Shown here: one piece after another, positions 9,211 through 18,583 of the stretch
Numbering within the stretch: the stretch's first letter is position 1
Layout: the number at the start of each line of letters is the position of its first letter
From: a virus
Lineage: Duplodnaviria > Caudoviricetes
Virus record (IMG/VR): IMGVR_UViG_3300032308_000975
Location: 1 to 53,171 of that record
DNA: 53,171 nucleotides
Direction: 5' to 3' (one strand)
Translations under genes and position numbers: made by a program
Notes under the pieces: generated by a model
Told to the model about the DNA's origin: nothing
Seen by the model: the letters and a program-made list of their open reading frames with translations, nothing else
Database searches by the model: none

Positions 9211-10380
9211 TTAAGCAAACTTCAAGTTAGCTGTTGTAACAGCAACTTTAGCTAGGTAGTCAGCTGCGTTACCTAGAGAAGAAGCTGTGTTTGTCAACTC
9301 AACATAACCATAACGTGTCATGAATGATACGACTGGTTCGAAAGTTGATGGATCTAACACAACACCACTGCTCATCAATGGAATGTATGGGCAGTAGAAT
9401 GCTGGTGCGTCAGACTCAGAAGAGCCTTTGTAACCGATTAGAACATCATCAGCTGTAGCATAACCGTTTACATATACCTTCATTGCGCTGTTCAATGTAC
9501 CAACGAACTTGGTGTTTGTTGGAGCTTCGAATGTGCCTTCTGTTGTACGAGCAAATGCGCTTGTAGTAGCAGACTGAAGAATTGTTAATGTTGTTGGTGA
9601 AACAACAGCATAGTTACCAGCACCACGACGTGTACGCTGAGCGATCAAGTTAGCAGCACGGTTGATTTGAACAGCTAAAGCAGCATGCTCGTCACCAACG
9701 AATGTTGCTGTACCAGATACAGCGGACTGATCGTATGTTAATACTGTACCAGCTAGGTTAGATAATGAAGCGATAACTTCTTGATCGATTTCAGCTGTGA
9801 TCTCTTGTGCTAGAGCAGCCATGATTTCTGCTTCGATGTCAATGCCCTGTTGAGCTTGTGCATCTTGAGCAGCTTCAAAAGTCCAGCGAGCAGACAATTT
9901 ACGTGTCTTAGCTTCAACTGTTTGCTTTAGAATCTGGATGCTTAGTCTGTTACCAGCAACACCTTCAAGAGCGGCTGTAGAAGCTGCCTTGTCGCTTGCT
10001 GCACCAGAATAGCCTTCAGCGATCTTAAATGGGCTTAGTGCCTCATCGCCAGCTGTTGTATCAGTACCACTTGTGCTGTTAAAGCTATCAGCATAACGAA
10101 CACGTAGAGTATGGATCTGACCAACTGGACCAGTCATTGGCTGTACGCCTACCAACTCGTTAGCGATAACGGTTGGCATAACACGTCTGATTACTGGTAG
10201 AATGACGCGATTTAGTGTTGCAACGTTGCCAGCGGAAGTAGCACCAGCGGTAGCACTCTCTGCAAGATACTTACGGGTATTCTCTAGAGTAGTAGCCATA
10301 ACTGTACGCTTGTTACCTTGAAGACCTTCTAAAAGGGCCTCTTTGGTTTCCGACCAGCGTGACTCGAGTAGTTGTGACAT
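9211..10380 (-). CDS. gp23: Major capsid protein (T4 gp23-like)
   Basis: Motifs VGVQPMTGPVGQI, VEAKTRKLSARWTFEAAQD, EITAEIDQE, YKGSSESDAPAFYCPYIPL and FEPVVSFMTRYG. Confidence 0.97.
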   Translation of the reverse strand: MSQLLESRWSETKEALLEGLQGNKRTVMATTLENTRKYLAESATAGATSAGNVATLNRVILPVIRRVMPTVIANELVGVQPMTGPVGQIHTLRVRYADSFNSTSGTDTTAGDEALSPFKIAEGYSGAASDKAASTAALEGVAGNRLSIQILKQTVEAKTRKLSARWTFEAAQDAQAQQGIDIEAEIMAALAQEITAEIDQEVIASLSNLAGTVLTYDQSAVSGTATFVGDEHAALAVQINRAANLIAQRTRRGAGNYAVVSPTTLTILQSATTSAFARTTEGTFEAPTNTKFVGTLNSAMKVYVNGYATADDVLIGYKGSSESDAPAFYCPYIPLMSSGVVLDPSTFEPVVSFMTRYGYVELTNTASSLGNAADYLAKVAVTTANLKFA

Positions 10381-10391
10381 TGTAGTTCTCC

Positions 10392-11537
10392 TTAAACTTT
10401 TAGTCCCGCAAGCCTGCGGATGTCAAATATTTCAGCGGTTTTTTCTTCACCGCCAATTTGTTGTGCCTGCTTATCGCCTGTAACCACTTCCTTTTGTGAT
10501 ACTGGAGCTGGTTCTGCTGCCTCTGTTAATGCCTGTTTTTTCTGTTGTACACCACCATCCATAACAGCTGGTAGGTACTTGTCATATGCTGTGGTTAGCT
10601 TTTCTGTTTGAACAGATTCTAGCAATTCCTTCATAATGGAACGCTTGTCTCCGCTCAATGGTCCTAGTAGTTCGCTCATAATTTCTTTACGTTCTGCTAG
10701 GTCTTTAGCTACCTTCAGCTGTGTTTCTCTGCTTTCTACGAGCTTCTGAGTATCAGCAACAATCTTAGCTGCTTCAGCAAGTTCTTGCTCTTTCTGAGCA
10801 ACAACTTTCAACAACTTAGCTGTTTCTGATTTCTCATTGAGATGACTCGCAGCATATTCGCTGGCGAAACTTTCAAAGATTCTACGACCGAAGTCATTCT
10901 TACGTGCTTGCTCGATGTCTTCTTTGAGTTGTGTCATTTCGCGGTGGATGCCGCTTGTAATGGCTGACTCAACGACTTTGGCGCTCTTAGAAATAAATGC
11001 ATTCTTTAGAGCATCAAATTTTTCTCTGCTTTCTTTGATTAGACGAACCTTGGTTTCAGCAAGGTCTTTCTTATCGCTGTGGAACTCAGCAATTTCTTTT
11101 GCCAGAGCGTCAACGATAAATGATTCTAATTTAGCAACGTTAGATGCTACAGCTTTGCGATCTTCGTGTAATTCGGACAATTCTTTCTGTAGTTGACGTA
11201 GAACAAATGACTCCATTGCGGCAGTATCGTTCTTCATCTTAGCTACATACTTGGCACGAGCTTCAACTAGTCCTTGGCGGTCTTCTGCGAATTCTGTTAG
11301 TTCTGCTGTTAAGCGATCTACTAACATATTTTCTACAGCTTCGGCCATAACTGACTTGTCATGCTCATATTTTTGTGCGAATTCTTCACGAAGTTCAGCA
11401 GATAGTTGCTCACGCAACTCTTCTGTAACTTGTTCACGGTTTTCCTGAATCTTTGCTTGCCATGCGGTTTCAATCTCCGATTTGATTTCCTCGGAAATCA
11501 CATTGTTCTCGAACAATTGTTTAACGATGTCTAGCAT
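10392..11537 (-). CDS. gp22: Prohead core scaffold protein (gp22-like)
   Basis: Glu/Lys-rich coiled coil between the protease and capsid genes, containing FGRRIFESFASE. Confidence 0.85.
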   Translation of the reverse strand: MLDIVKQLFENNVISEEIKSEIETAWQAKIQENREQVTEELREQLSAELREEFAQKYEHDKSVMAEAVENMLVDRLTAELTEFAEDRQGLVEARAKYVAKMKNDTAAMESFVLRQLQKELSELHEDRKAVASNVAKLESFIVDALAKEIAEFHSDKKDLAETKVRLIKESREKFDALKNAFISKSAKVVESAITSGIHREMTQLKEDIEQARKNDFGRRIFESFASEYAASHLNEKSETAKLLKVVAQKEQELAEAAKIVADTQKLVESRETQLKVAKDLAERKEIMSELLGPLSGDKRSIMKELLESVQTEKLTTAYDKYLPAVMDGGVQQKKQALTEAAEPAPVSQKEVVTGDKQAQQIGGEEKTAEIFDIRRLAGLKV

Positions 11538-11549
11538 GTGATTCTCCTA

Positions 11550-12179
11550 TTATTTGAGTCCTGAGATTATTTTTCTCAGACTCTCTGCTATGTACATTTG
11601 TGCCTTTGCGTCGCCTTGTACTTCTTTTGCTGTTATAAATGCCTTGTATCCACCTTTATTATTCATAAGATGTTCATAAACTGGTGTTGGGTATGCTCCC
11701 GGGGCGGAAGGTTGTGCTACTACGTCAACAGTGATAATTTCAAAACCTTTGACATTACCACCGCTATCTACTTCGCCAGAGCCTCTTGATGAAACTCCCA
11801 ACTTTACTCCTGATTCCAACATAGTTTGGACTAATTGTCCCATAGGTGTTGGAATTAATTTTAGTTTTCCGTAGCCGTTTGGACCGTCCATCCACATTTT
11901 AGTAATCATGTGTGACACACGGTCTAGGTTAATTTTCAAATCCTGCGGATGATCAACTTCCCCTAGCACGGAGTAACCACCAGAGATCTGTTCGTTGAGC
12001 GTCTTGACAGCCCTGCCAATTTCCTGAGAAGAATAAACACGCTGATTCGCATTACGGATATCTCCTTGAATGCAAATGCCGTTTAAATGCAAGGACTTTT
12101 TACCGTCCTTGCCTTCCTCGCTCTCCAAGACAATCTGTGCCTGGTCAAAACTCAAATGTTCTGATAGGGTGGTTTTCAT
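11550..12179 (-). CDS. gp21: Prohead protease (gp21-like)
   Basis: Motifs RNANQRVY, LGEVDHP, LDRVSHMI, TPMGQLV, GVKLGVSSRGSG and DVVAQPSAPGAY. Confidence 0.96.
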   Translation of the reverse strand: MKTTLSEHLSFDQAQIVLESEEGKDGKKSLHLNGICIQGDIRNANQRVYSSQEIGRAVKTLNEQISGGYSVLGEVDHPQDLKINLDRVSHMITKMWMDGPNGYGKLKLIPTPMGQLVQTMLESGVKLGVSSRGSGEVDSGGNVKGFEIITVDVVAQPSAPGAYPTPVYEHLMNNKGGYKAFITAKEVQGDAKAQMYIAESLRKIISGLK

Positions 12180-12188
12180 CTTTACCTA

Positions 12189-12974
12189 TTACCTACGACC
12201 ACGGAAAAGACTTGCTGTATTGTCAGCTTGCTCAGCAGCACCTTTCTTTTCAGCACCATGGCCTGATTCTTTCTTCAAGCTATCTGCTGCTTTGCCGCCT
12301 GGAACGTTGACATTACCTGATTTCATATCCTGTGCTTTATTACCTGCTAGGCCGCCTGCTGTGCCTTTAGAAGCTTCTTTTGCTTCTTCGGCTTGAGCGA
12401 TGTTGCTAGCTGAGCCACCCATGTCGTTTTTACCTGCTACTGGGCTAGCTTTGTGATCAGCTTTTTCGCCGGCACCTTTCTTTTCTGCGCCGTGACCTGC
12501 TGGAACTTTTTCTACATATTCACGAACTGTTTCTAGCTCTGGCTCGATAGAATCTTTCATTTCTTCGTCGCCCATTTCTTCGCTGTCGTCACCTTTTAGC
12601 TCGTCAAATTTAGCTTGTAGTTCGTCAACGATAGCGTCTAGATCTTGAAAAAGCTCTTCTTCGCTTTTTTCTTCCATGTCATCGTCGCCGCCCATTTCGT
12701 CGCCCATTTCTGCTTCTGAATCTAATTCAGCAGCTAGGTCGTCAGTAGGATCAGCTTCTAGAGCTACTTCTTCGAAGTCCTCTTCAACTTCTTCGTCTTT
12801 TTCTTCGTCTTTTTCTTCGTCACTTTCTTCAGCGATTTCGCTTTCGATTAGACCTTCGTAGATTTCACGTGATTTTGCTACTACGTAATCGTGGAAAAGC
12901 TCTTCGGCTTTTTGTTGCTCGTCATTAACGAGATGCTCGAGCATCTGCTCGATCAAAGTATTCTTTTCTGCCAT
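12189..12974 (-). CDS. Highly acidic prohead core/scaffold-associated protein
   Basis: E/D-rich N-half and a basic C-half with a duplicated GHGAEKKGA motif. It sits between portal and gp21, where T4 has gp67/gp68. Confidence 0.7.
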   Translation of the reverse strand: MAEKNTLIEQMLEHLVNDEQQKAEELFHDYVVAKSREIYEGLIESEIAEESDEEKDEEKDEEVEEDFEEVALEADPTDDLAAELDSEAEMGDEMGGDDDMEEKSEEELFQDLDAIVDELQAKFDELKGDDSEEMGDEEMKDSIEPELETVREYVEKVPAGHGAEKKGAGEKADHKASPVAGKNDMGGSASNIAQAEEAKEASKGTAGGLAGNKAQDMKSGNVNVPGGKAADSLKKESGHGAEKKGAAEQADNTASLFRGRR

Positions 12975-13008
12975 GTTGTATTCTCCTTAGATGGTTAGGC
13001 TGTCGTTT

Positions 13009-13014
13009 TATTTA
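13009..13014 (-). promoter_or_regulatory. Late promoter core (TAAATA) for the core-protease-scaffold-capsid unit
   Basis: GTAAATAA, 34 nt upstream of ATG 12974, followed by the RBS AAGGAG. Confidence 0.6.
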
Positions 13015-13036
13015 CTACAGTTTTATTAAATCACCG

Positions 13037-13687
13037 TTAAATGGTAGTTTTTTGAGCATTTTGTTCTGAATAACTATTGATCGGAAATCTTTTAACAAAA
13101 TCCTCAAAAACCAAGTGTTTTAAATTAGGAAGGTTAGCACCTAGTCTATCAGGAACAAATCCACCTGCTTCTATTACTCGGTAAAAATTTATAGTTTTAT
13201 ATTCTTTAATGACTTTTTCTGTTTGGCTGAGCCAGTTTCCGTGATATGTAGCAGCATCTGTGCTCTTTTTATAGTTAAATGTATCAGCATAAACATTGTT
13301 AAATCTGCCTGCTACACCCATATAATCAAAGCCTAGTATATAAATTTCCTTGTGTCCTTGATTACAAGCCAGCCAAAGTGCTGTGGGTCCTGAACTCCAT
13401 CCTTTGTGCGGATTGAAAAAATTTACTCCTGTCTTAACAGTGATACCTTTATTAGGGTTGGTCCATACTTGATTTTGTTTATGATATCCTGTAGCCACTA
13501 TTTCGTTGACCATTTTAACGTCAACTGCTACTAGATAGTGTGGAGTAAATTCTCTATACACAGCATTACAGGCGTAAACTGTGCCTATTCCTAAAAGTTC
13601 TTTGGAATCTATGGATAATCTGCTGCGGCCGTTACCTAATACAAAGGCTGTATTATGCCGGTTGTTCTTGCTGTGGTGGTTGTCCAT
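13037..13687 (-). CDS. CstII/Maf (DUF115)-like putative glycosyltransferase
   Basis: The motif series FVLGNGRS, VYACN, WSSGPTALWLA, GHKEIYILGFDY parallels GNGPS / CN / TSG / GYKEIYL.GIDF of GT42/Maf-type enzymes. The start codon is uncertain. Confidence 0.55.
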   Translation of the reverse strand: MDNHHSKNNRHNTAFVLGNGRSRLSIDSKELLGIGTVYACNAVYREFTPHYLVAVDVKMVNEIVATGYHKQNQVWTNPNKGITVKTGVNFFNPHKGWSSGPTALWLACNQGHKEIYILGFDYMGVAGRFNNVYADTFNYKKSTDAATYHGNWLSQTEKVIKEYKTINFYRVIEAGGFVPDRLGANLPNLKHLVFEDFVKRFPINSYSEQNAQKTTI

Positions 13688-13898
13688 ACATCTGCTTGAT
13701 AAAATCTAATTCGCTTTCTGCTTCCATTTCGTGAGATTCTGAAGCCATTCTTAATTTATTAATTTGGCCAAGAGTGAGTCGAACTTTGCGACTATCTTTG
13801 CGTTTTAACACATCAGAGTCGCTGGAATTTTCGTAGCGTCGATCCACAGCGATCTCGCTAGAATTGTTGGAATAATAAATGAATTCATTAAGCAGCAT
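13653..13898 (-). CDS. Small head-module protein (81 aa)
   Basis: Immediately downstream of the portal gene, with an MLLNEF N-terminus and TAAATA 5 nt upstream. Confidence 0.7.
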   Translation of the reverse strand: MLLNEFIYYSNNSSEIAVDRRYENSSDSDVLKRKDSRKVRLTLGQINKLRMASESHEMEAESELDFIKQMYGQPPQQEQPA

Positions 13899-13903
13899 AA
13901 GGA

Positions 13904-13909
13904 TATTTA
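13904..13909 (-). promoter_or_regulatory. Late promoter core (TAAATA), probably leaderless
   Basis: GATAAATA-TCCTT-ATG, with no Shine-Dalgarno sequence between. Confidence 0.6.
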
Positions 13910-13913
13910 TCGT

Positions 13914-15611
13914 TTATGCTGCAGGAGCTGCAGCCTCGCCGCCTTCGGCACCTTGTTCGGCAGCAGCGGCCATGTCAGCGGGAGCTTCTGCGGTTTGTTC
14001 AGCAGCATCGGCTGCGATTCCTCCCGGTGTTACTCCTGCTGATCTTAATTCGCTTCCTGAATCTGCAGGGGGTTTAAGAGCAGAAGCGTTTTCTTCTCTC
14101 CATAAACGTTCGTTTTCTGTGATTTCTTCCTGTGTCAGTCCTAGGAATCTCTTCATACCAAATCTCTTGCTGAGATACGGTATCTGTACAATCTGAGAAT
14201 ATGTAGCTGCTCTAGCTGTGTCTAGCTCTGCTTGACGATAAGCCGCAAAGTTCTGTGGAGTGTTGAACTTTAATTCAAATAGGCTATTGTCAATATTAAT
14301 GCCTTGGCTGTTTAACCAAATTTTAAATTCTTGATCGAATGTTTCGCTGATGTTGCTCTGCAGACGCTTACAGTATTCATTGAAACGCAGTTCTTGAATG
14401 TAGGCTGTGCCAACTTTACCGTCAGCAACTGTATTTGAAGCTTCTTCAATACCTGTGGGCAAATAGGCTGCTGGAATTCTTAAAGCACGGAACAGCTTAT
14501 TAGTAAAAAAGCGTAAGTCTGTGATTTCACCAAGGTTTGTACCGCCTGCTAGCGTGTCAACTTTTGATCCGCGACCTTCTGCGGTCTGAGGAAAGAAATA
14601 ATCTTCATTGGTACTTAACGGATTATAGCTAGAATCGATTACTGATGTGCCACCACCTGTTGATGATGGAATACGGCGTTGTTGGATTTCATTTTTAACA
14701 CGTTCAACGAAAGCCATGGCCATATGTGCTGGCATATTACCTACGTCGACGTAGAATATTCTACGCTCAGGAGCACGTTGTACTCGATAGATAATAATAG
14801 CATCTTCAAGCAGTTCTTTCTGCTTGTAGACTTTAAACACTGATTCAAGAATTGAATTACCAAAAGGATAGTTGTTATCTAATCCTTCAGAAAGACTAAT
14901 ATGTATCATGTGCTTGGCATCTACAGTAACTTCATTTGTAGAATTTTGGAATCTAGTTCCTGGCGGTCTAGCAGCATCTCCAACAAAGCCTCGACCGAAG
15001 CCGCCACCGCTGGTATAACTGCTAGTGCCGCTTGGTGCGGTATTCATTGTTCCATGGGGTGTTACTGCTACTAAATTTTTAAAGTTAAAATTAAAATCTC
15101 TGATTACATACTGTTCAGGAATCTTTCCTTCACTTTCGTTTACAATAACTTTACTGACCTTAGCAGAATCCACATGAAGCCATTTTTTTGTCTGTGGATC
15201 TCTGATGAAAAAACAATCTCCGTATTTGAATGTATTACGGACGATTCTAAAAATTCTGTTTTCGAACTGCTGTATTTTATTCCATTTTTGTAGACTGTCT
15301 TTGAGTATTTTTACTTCAGTAGAAGTAGGATTACCTCTGAAAAACATGTGGAATGGGGTGGAATTTTCTTTATCTTTCTGTGTACAGAACTCAGCTAGAA
15401 TATCTAGAGCAGCATTAATTTCTGAATCCATATCCATGGTATCATACTGCATGTAGCGTTCGACGCGGTTTGGAGCACCAGCATAGACATCTGGCAAATA
15501 ACTAGAATAGTTTGCTCTAGCCGGCCCTGGTCGCAGACCGTTGCCTAACGGACTAAACGTACTGCTCTTATTACTGACTTCTACTGGTGTAAAGTATTTT
15601 TTCCAAGACAT
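13914..15611 (-). CDS. gp20: Portal protein (gp20-like)
   Basis: Hallmark LLEDAIIIYRVQRAPERRIFYVDVGNMP, plus EDYFFP and GGTNLGEITDLRFF. Confidence 0.97.
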   Translation of the reverse strand: MSWKKYFTPVEVSNKSSTFSPLGNGLRPGPARANYSSYLPDVYAGAPNRVERYMQYDTMDMDSEINAALDILAEFCTQKDKENSTPFHMFFRGNPTSTEVKILKDSLQKWNKIQQFENRIFRIVRNTFKYGDCFFIRDPQTKKWLHVDSAKVSKVIVNESEGKIPEQYVIRDFNFNFKNLVAVTPHGTMNTAPSGTSSYTSGGGFGRGFVGDAARPPGTRFQNSTNEVTVDAKHMIHISLSEGLDNNYPFGNSILESVFKVYKQKELLEDAIIIYRVQRAPERRIFYVDVGNMPAHMAMAFVERVKNEIQQRRIPSSTGGGTSVIDSSYNPLSTNEDYFFPQTAEGRGSKVDTLAGGTNLGEITDLRFFTNKLFRALRIPAAYLPTGIEEASNTVADGKVGTAYIQELRFNEYCKRLQSNISETFDQEFKIWLNSQGINIDNSLFELKFNTPQNFAAYRQAELDTARAATYSQIVQIPYLSKRFGMKRFLGLTQEEITENERLWREENASALKPPADSGSELRSAGVTPGGIAADAAEQTAEAPADMAAAAEQGAEGGEAAAPAA

Positions 15612-15624
15612 TTAAATTATCCAA

Positions 15625-18516
15625 TCAGGCTGCGGCCACTGAGAACATATCACCACCTAGACTCTTTTGGACACCTAGTTGTTTTCTGTTCAAATCCACT
15701 ACCTGTCTATTAGTTGCCACTAACTGTGCCATCTGCATATTTAACGATTGTAAGCTAGCCACCACGTCATTAAGGCTAGCAACACCGCCCGCTCCCGGAG
15801 CTCCTGCTCCTGATGCTGCGACAGTTGTGGCTGGTTTGGTTTCTACAGGTTTGGCTGTGGCAGCTGCTACCTGTGTGGAGGACGGAGTAGCTGCTGTCGA
15901 TCCCCCGGTCATAAATCCCTGTGCGAGTTGGGCACGTTTGGCAGTTTCTGCTTGGCCACCAGCATAACCAACTGCTTTGCCTACTGCGGCAATATTGGTA
16001 AGATCTACACCTTTCTTTTGTTTTTCTGCGAAATAGGCTGCTGCGATTTTGGAAGCTATAGCAGGATCGTTAGCTAAATCTGGATTTTTAACTAGGTCAA
16101 CTCCGATCATATCTCCAAATTTTTTGTAGTTATCTTTACCTGTTAACTGAATTAGACCTCTGCCACGATACTTAAATCCTTCATCTTCTCTATTGCCCAT
16201 TCTACCGCCATAGATAACATTACCTACAGCTTCTGGACCTTTGGCAGCCACTGCCTCGGCTTCTTCTACAGTTTTAAATCTAACTTTATTTCCGCCTTTG
16301 TTGCCTGCGCCATACAACTCAAATAATTTCTTACCGCTGTATTTTAAATTTTCATCTTGTGGCTTGAATCCAGATTCGGCTTGTACCTGTGCCATGATAT
16401 TGGCTACAGCCTTGGGATCTGTGATTCCTTGAGATGCTAACTGACTTCTCAGTGCGTCTTGTGTGGCGCCTTTAGTCATAGCTGCCGGAGCAGGACCTGC
16501 GGCTGTTGCCCCTGGTTGTTGTGCTGCAGAACCAGCACGTCTAGCAGCACTTTCAAATAATTTTGCAGGACTAGTAAAGTCGTATTTGGCAGTGGTTTCT
16601 ACTGCTTCTTTGGTCTGCTTGTTTTCCTGTTGTTTTAATTCAGTGCTTTTTTCAGTGGCTTTTGTATTTTCTTCTTTGGCTTTGGCCTCGGCCCTGTCTT
16701 TTTTACGTTTTTCAGCTTCTTCTTTGGAAATACCGCCCATCCATTTAGGTAGCAGTGACAATAATCCGTCTTTAAAATCAGCCATTCCTTCCCAAAGATA
16801 CTTAAGGCCTTTGTAGACAAGATATACTCCAGCAGCCAATGCGATAAACTTGATAGCAACCATAGCCATCGGTGCCATCATTAACATTTCTTTCATTGCT
16901 TTGATTTTGCTAACCACAGTAGCATATATTACTACCGCAGCTAATGCTCCTAGAGCCACACCCAACACCTGCATATTATCGCCCATAAACTGGAATACTG
17001 GTACCAGGAATGTTGAAATAAAGCTGACCATACCTTCAAATACACTCATCATTCCTTCTAGGAGACCACTAGTGGCTAGAAGTTTTGTAAATCTATTGCT
17101 GACCTGAGATATTTGTTCTTGATATTCTTTTAACTTAGCTGGATCTAATCCTTGAGCTTGAAGTTCTGCTGCTTTCTTTTCTTGTTTTAATCTTTCTTCT
17201 TCAACTTGCTTAAGATTCTTTTGACGAGCGGCAGCATCCATAGCCCCGATCATAAACTGTTTTTGTGCGTCTGTACCAAAATATGAAAGTGTTTCACCTA
17301 GGCCAGACTTAGCTACTCTAGAAGCTTCAGCTTGATAGGACGCATTGATCCTAGCTGCTTGATCTGCTCCCATCTTTCCTGTGGCACGGATTTGTTTATT
17401 CAATCCCATCATCTGACCAGCAGTCTCTGGCAAGAATGCTAATGCTGCTTTACCTGCTTCAGAAGTAGCAGTACCGGTAGCTATAATTTCCTTCATACCT
17501 TCTCTGTGTTCAGCAGGTATGCTATCCATTAATTTGTTTAATTCTTCTTGACTCTTGGCATCCATTTTAGATGCTATCATTCTGAACTGAGCATCTTTCA
17601 TTCTTGCCGCTCTAGCATCTTCTAATTCTTTTTTACTCTGTCCTGTTAATTTACTAACAGCATCTAAATTCTTTAAGTATTGTCCAGTTGATTCGATCAA
17701 CTGCGCATTATTCATTCCTTGAAGATGACCAGTCTTAGCCAGTCTGCCGGCATAATTGGCCATGCCTTCGTTGATCTGTTCTGTAGAATATCCCATACGA
17801 GCCAGTTGATCACCTAGCTCAGTGTCTTTGATTCCTCTACCTAACTGTGCTAATCTTTTAGCACCTTCAGCAGTAGATCCACCTAACAATGCTAGACTTT
17901 GACCAGTTCTAGCAATGATTCCGCTGAACTGGTCAAATGTTAATCCGGCACCAGTGGCCGCATCAATCATGTCAGTGATACTGCCTCCAAAATTCGCTCC
18001 TACTTCTGCTGCCTGTTGGAATGATTTATAAGTTTTTTCTGCAGCACCAGCTACCGCACCAAATACTGATGCTAGTGCTCCGCCAACTACAGGAATTTGT
18101 TGTAATGATGCTGCCGCTTGGGTTAGACTATTGCCAGTGTTAGCCAAAGCAGAAATCATACTGGTGAGTTTAGTTGCTGCTCCCATGGCCGCGCCGGCCA
18201 TAGCACCTAGAGCCTGTGAATTTGCTTCGGCTTGTTTTAATTGATCTTCTTCAGCTTTGGCACGAGTCGCAGCACGTTTTTTGCCTTCGTCTAATAATTT
18301 TAGTTCGTCTTGGCGTTTTTTGTTTAGATCTTTGGTTTGATCTGCTAGCCGTTTGAGTTCTTTTTCTAGTTCGGCCTGCGCTTTACCGCCTTTACCGCCT
18401 TTGCCACCCGCAGACATGGCCATCATTACCGCGAGAAGTTGCTTTAACGTGGTTTCGGTTGCCGCATTATTAAGTTCTATTGGATTGCCGCCAAGATCGC
18501 CGTAGACGTCTGCCAT
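15625..18516 (-). CDS. Tape-measure-like protein with C-terminal GH19 (chitinase/lysozyme-like) domain
   Basis: Long Ala/Gly/Gln-rich helical body with two hydrophobic stretches; GH19 motifs MAQVQAESGF, YGGRMGN and YRGRGLIQLTGKDNY. Confidence 0.8.
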   Translation of the reverse strand: MADVYGDLGGNPIELNNAATETTLKQLLAVMMAMSAGGKGGKGGKAQAELEKELKRLADQTKDLNKKRQDELKLLDEGKKRAATRAKAEEDQLKQAEANSQALGAMAGAAMGAATKLTSMISALANTGNSLTQAAASLQQIPVVGGALASVFGAVAGAAEKTYKSFQQAAEVGANFGGSITDMIDAATGAGLTFDQFSGIIARTGQSLALLGGSTAEGAKRLAQLGRGIKDTELGDQLARMGYSTEQINEGMANYAGRLAKTGHLQGMNNAQLIESTGQYLKNLDAVSKLTGQSKKELEDARAARMKDAQFRMIASKMDAKSQEELNKLMDSIPAEHREGMKEIIATGTATSEAGKAALAFLPETAGQMMGLNKQIRATGKMGADQAARINASYQAEASRVAKSGLGETLSYFGTDAQKQFMIGAMDAAARQKNLKQVEEERLKQEKKAAELQAQGLDPAKLKEYQEQISQVSNRFTKLLATSGLLEGMMSVFEGMVSFISTFLVPVFQFMGDNMQVLGVALGALAAVVIYATVVSKIKAMKEMLMMAPMAMVAIKFIALAAGVYLVYKGLKYLWEGMADFKDGLLSLLPKWMGGISKEEAEKRKKDRAEAKAKEENTKATEKSTELKQQENKQTKEAVETTAKYDFTSPAKLFESAARRAGSAAQQPGATAAGPAPAAMTKGATQDALRSQLASQGITDPKAVANIMAQVQAESGFKPQDENLKYSGKKLFELYGAGNKGGNKVRFKTVEEAEAVAAKGPEAVGNVIYGGRMGNREDEGFKYRGRGLIQLTGKDNYKKFGDMIGVDLVKNPDLANDPAIASKIAAAYFAEKQKKGVDLTNIAAVGKAVGYAGGQAETAKRAQLAQGFMTGGSTAATPSSTQVAAATAKPVETKPATTVAASGAGAPGAGGVASLNDVVASLQSLNMQMAQLVATNRQVVDLNRKQLGVQKSLGGDMFSVAAA

Positions 18517-18542
18517 GTATTAAAAACCCCAAAAACTACGCA

Positions 18543-18550
18543 TATAAATA
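18543..18550 (+). promoter_or_regulatory. Late promoter TATAAATA (exact T4 consensus) for the gp26-like gene
   Basis: CATATAAATAG upstream of GGAG and ATG 18584. Confidence 0.75.
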
Positions 18551-18565
18551 GCTGCATAGATAAAG

Positions 18566-18571
18566 TATTTA
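18566..18571 (-). promoter_or_regulatory. Late promoter core (TAAATA) for the tape-measure-like gene
   Basis: GATAAATAC on the minus strand, 49 nt upstream of ATG 18516. Confidence 0.65.
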
Positions 18572-18583
18572 TCGGAGAAAAAA

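Noticed and set aside
15738-15743. TAAATA inside the 3' end of the tape-measure gene as a portal promoter
   Set aside because: Plausible, but a hexamer within AT-rich coding sequence cannot be distinguished from chance.
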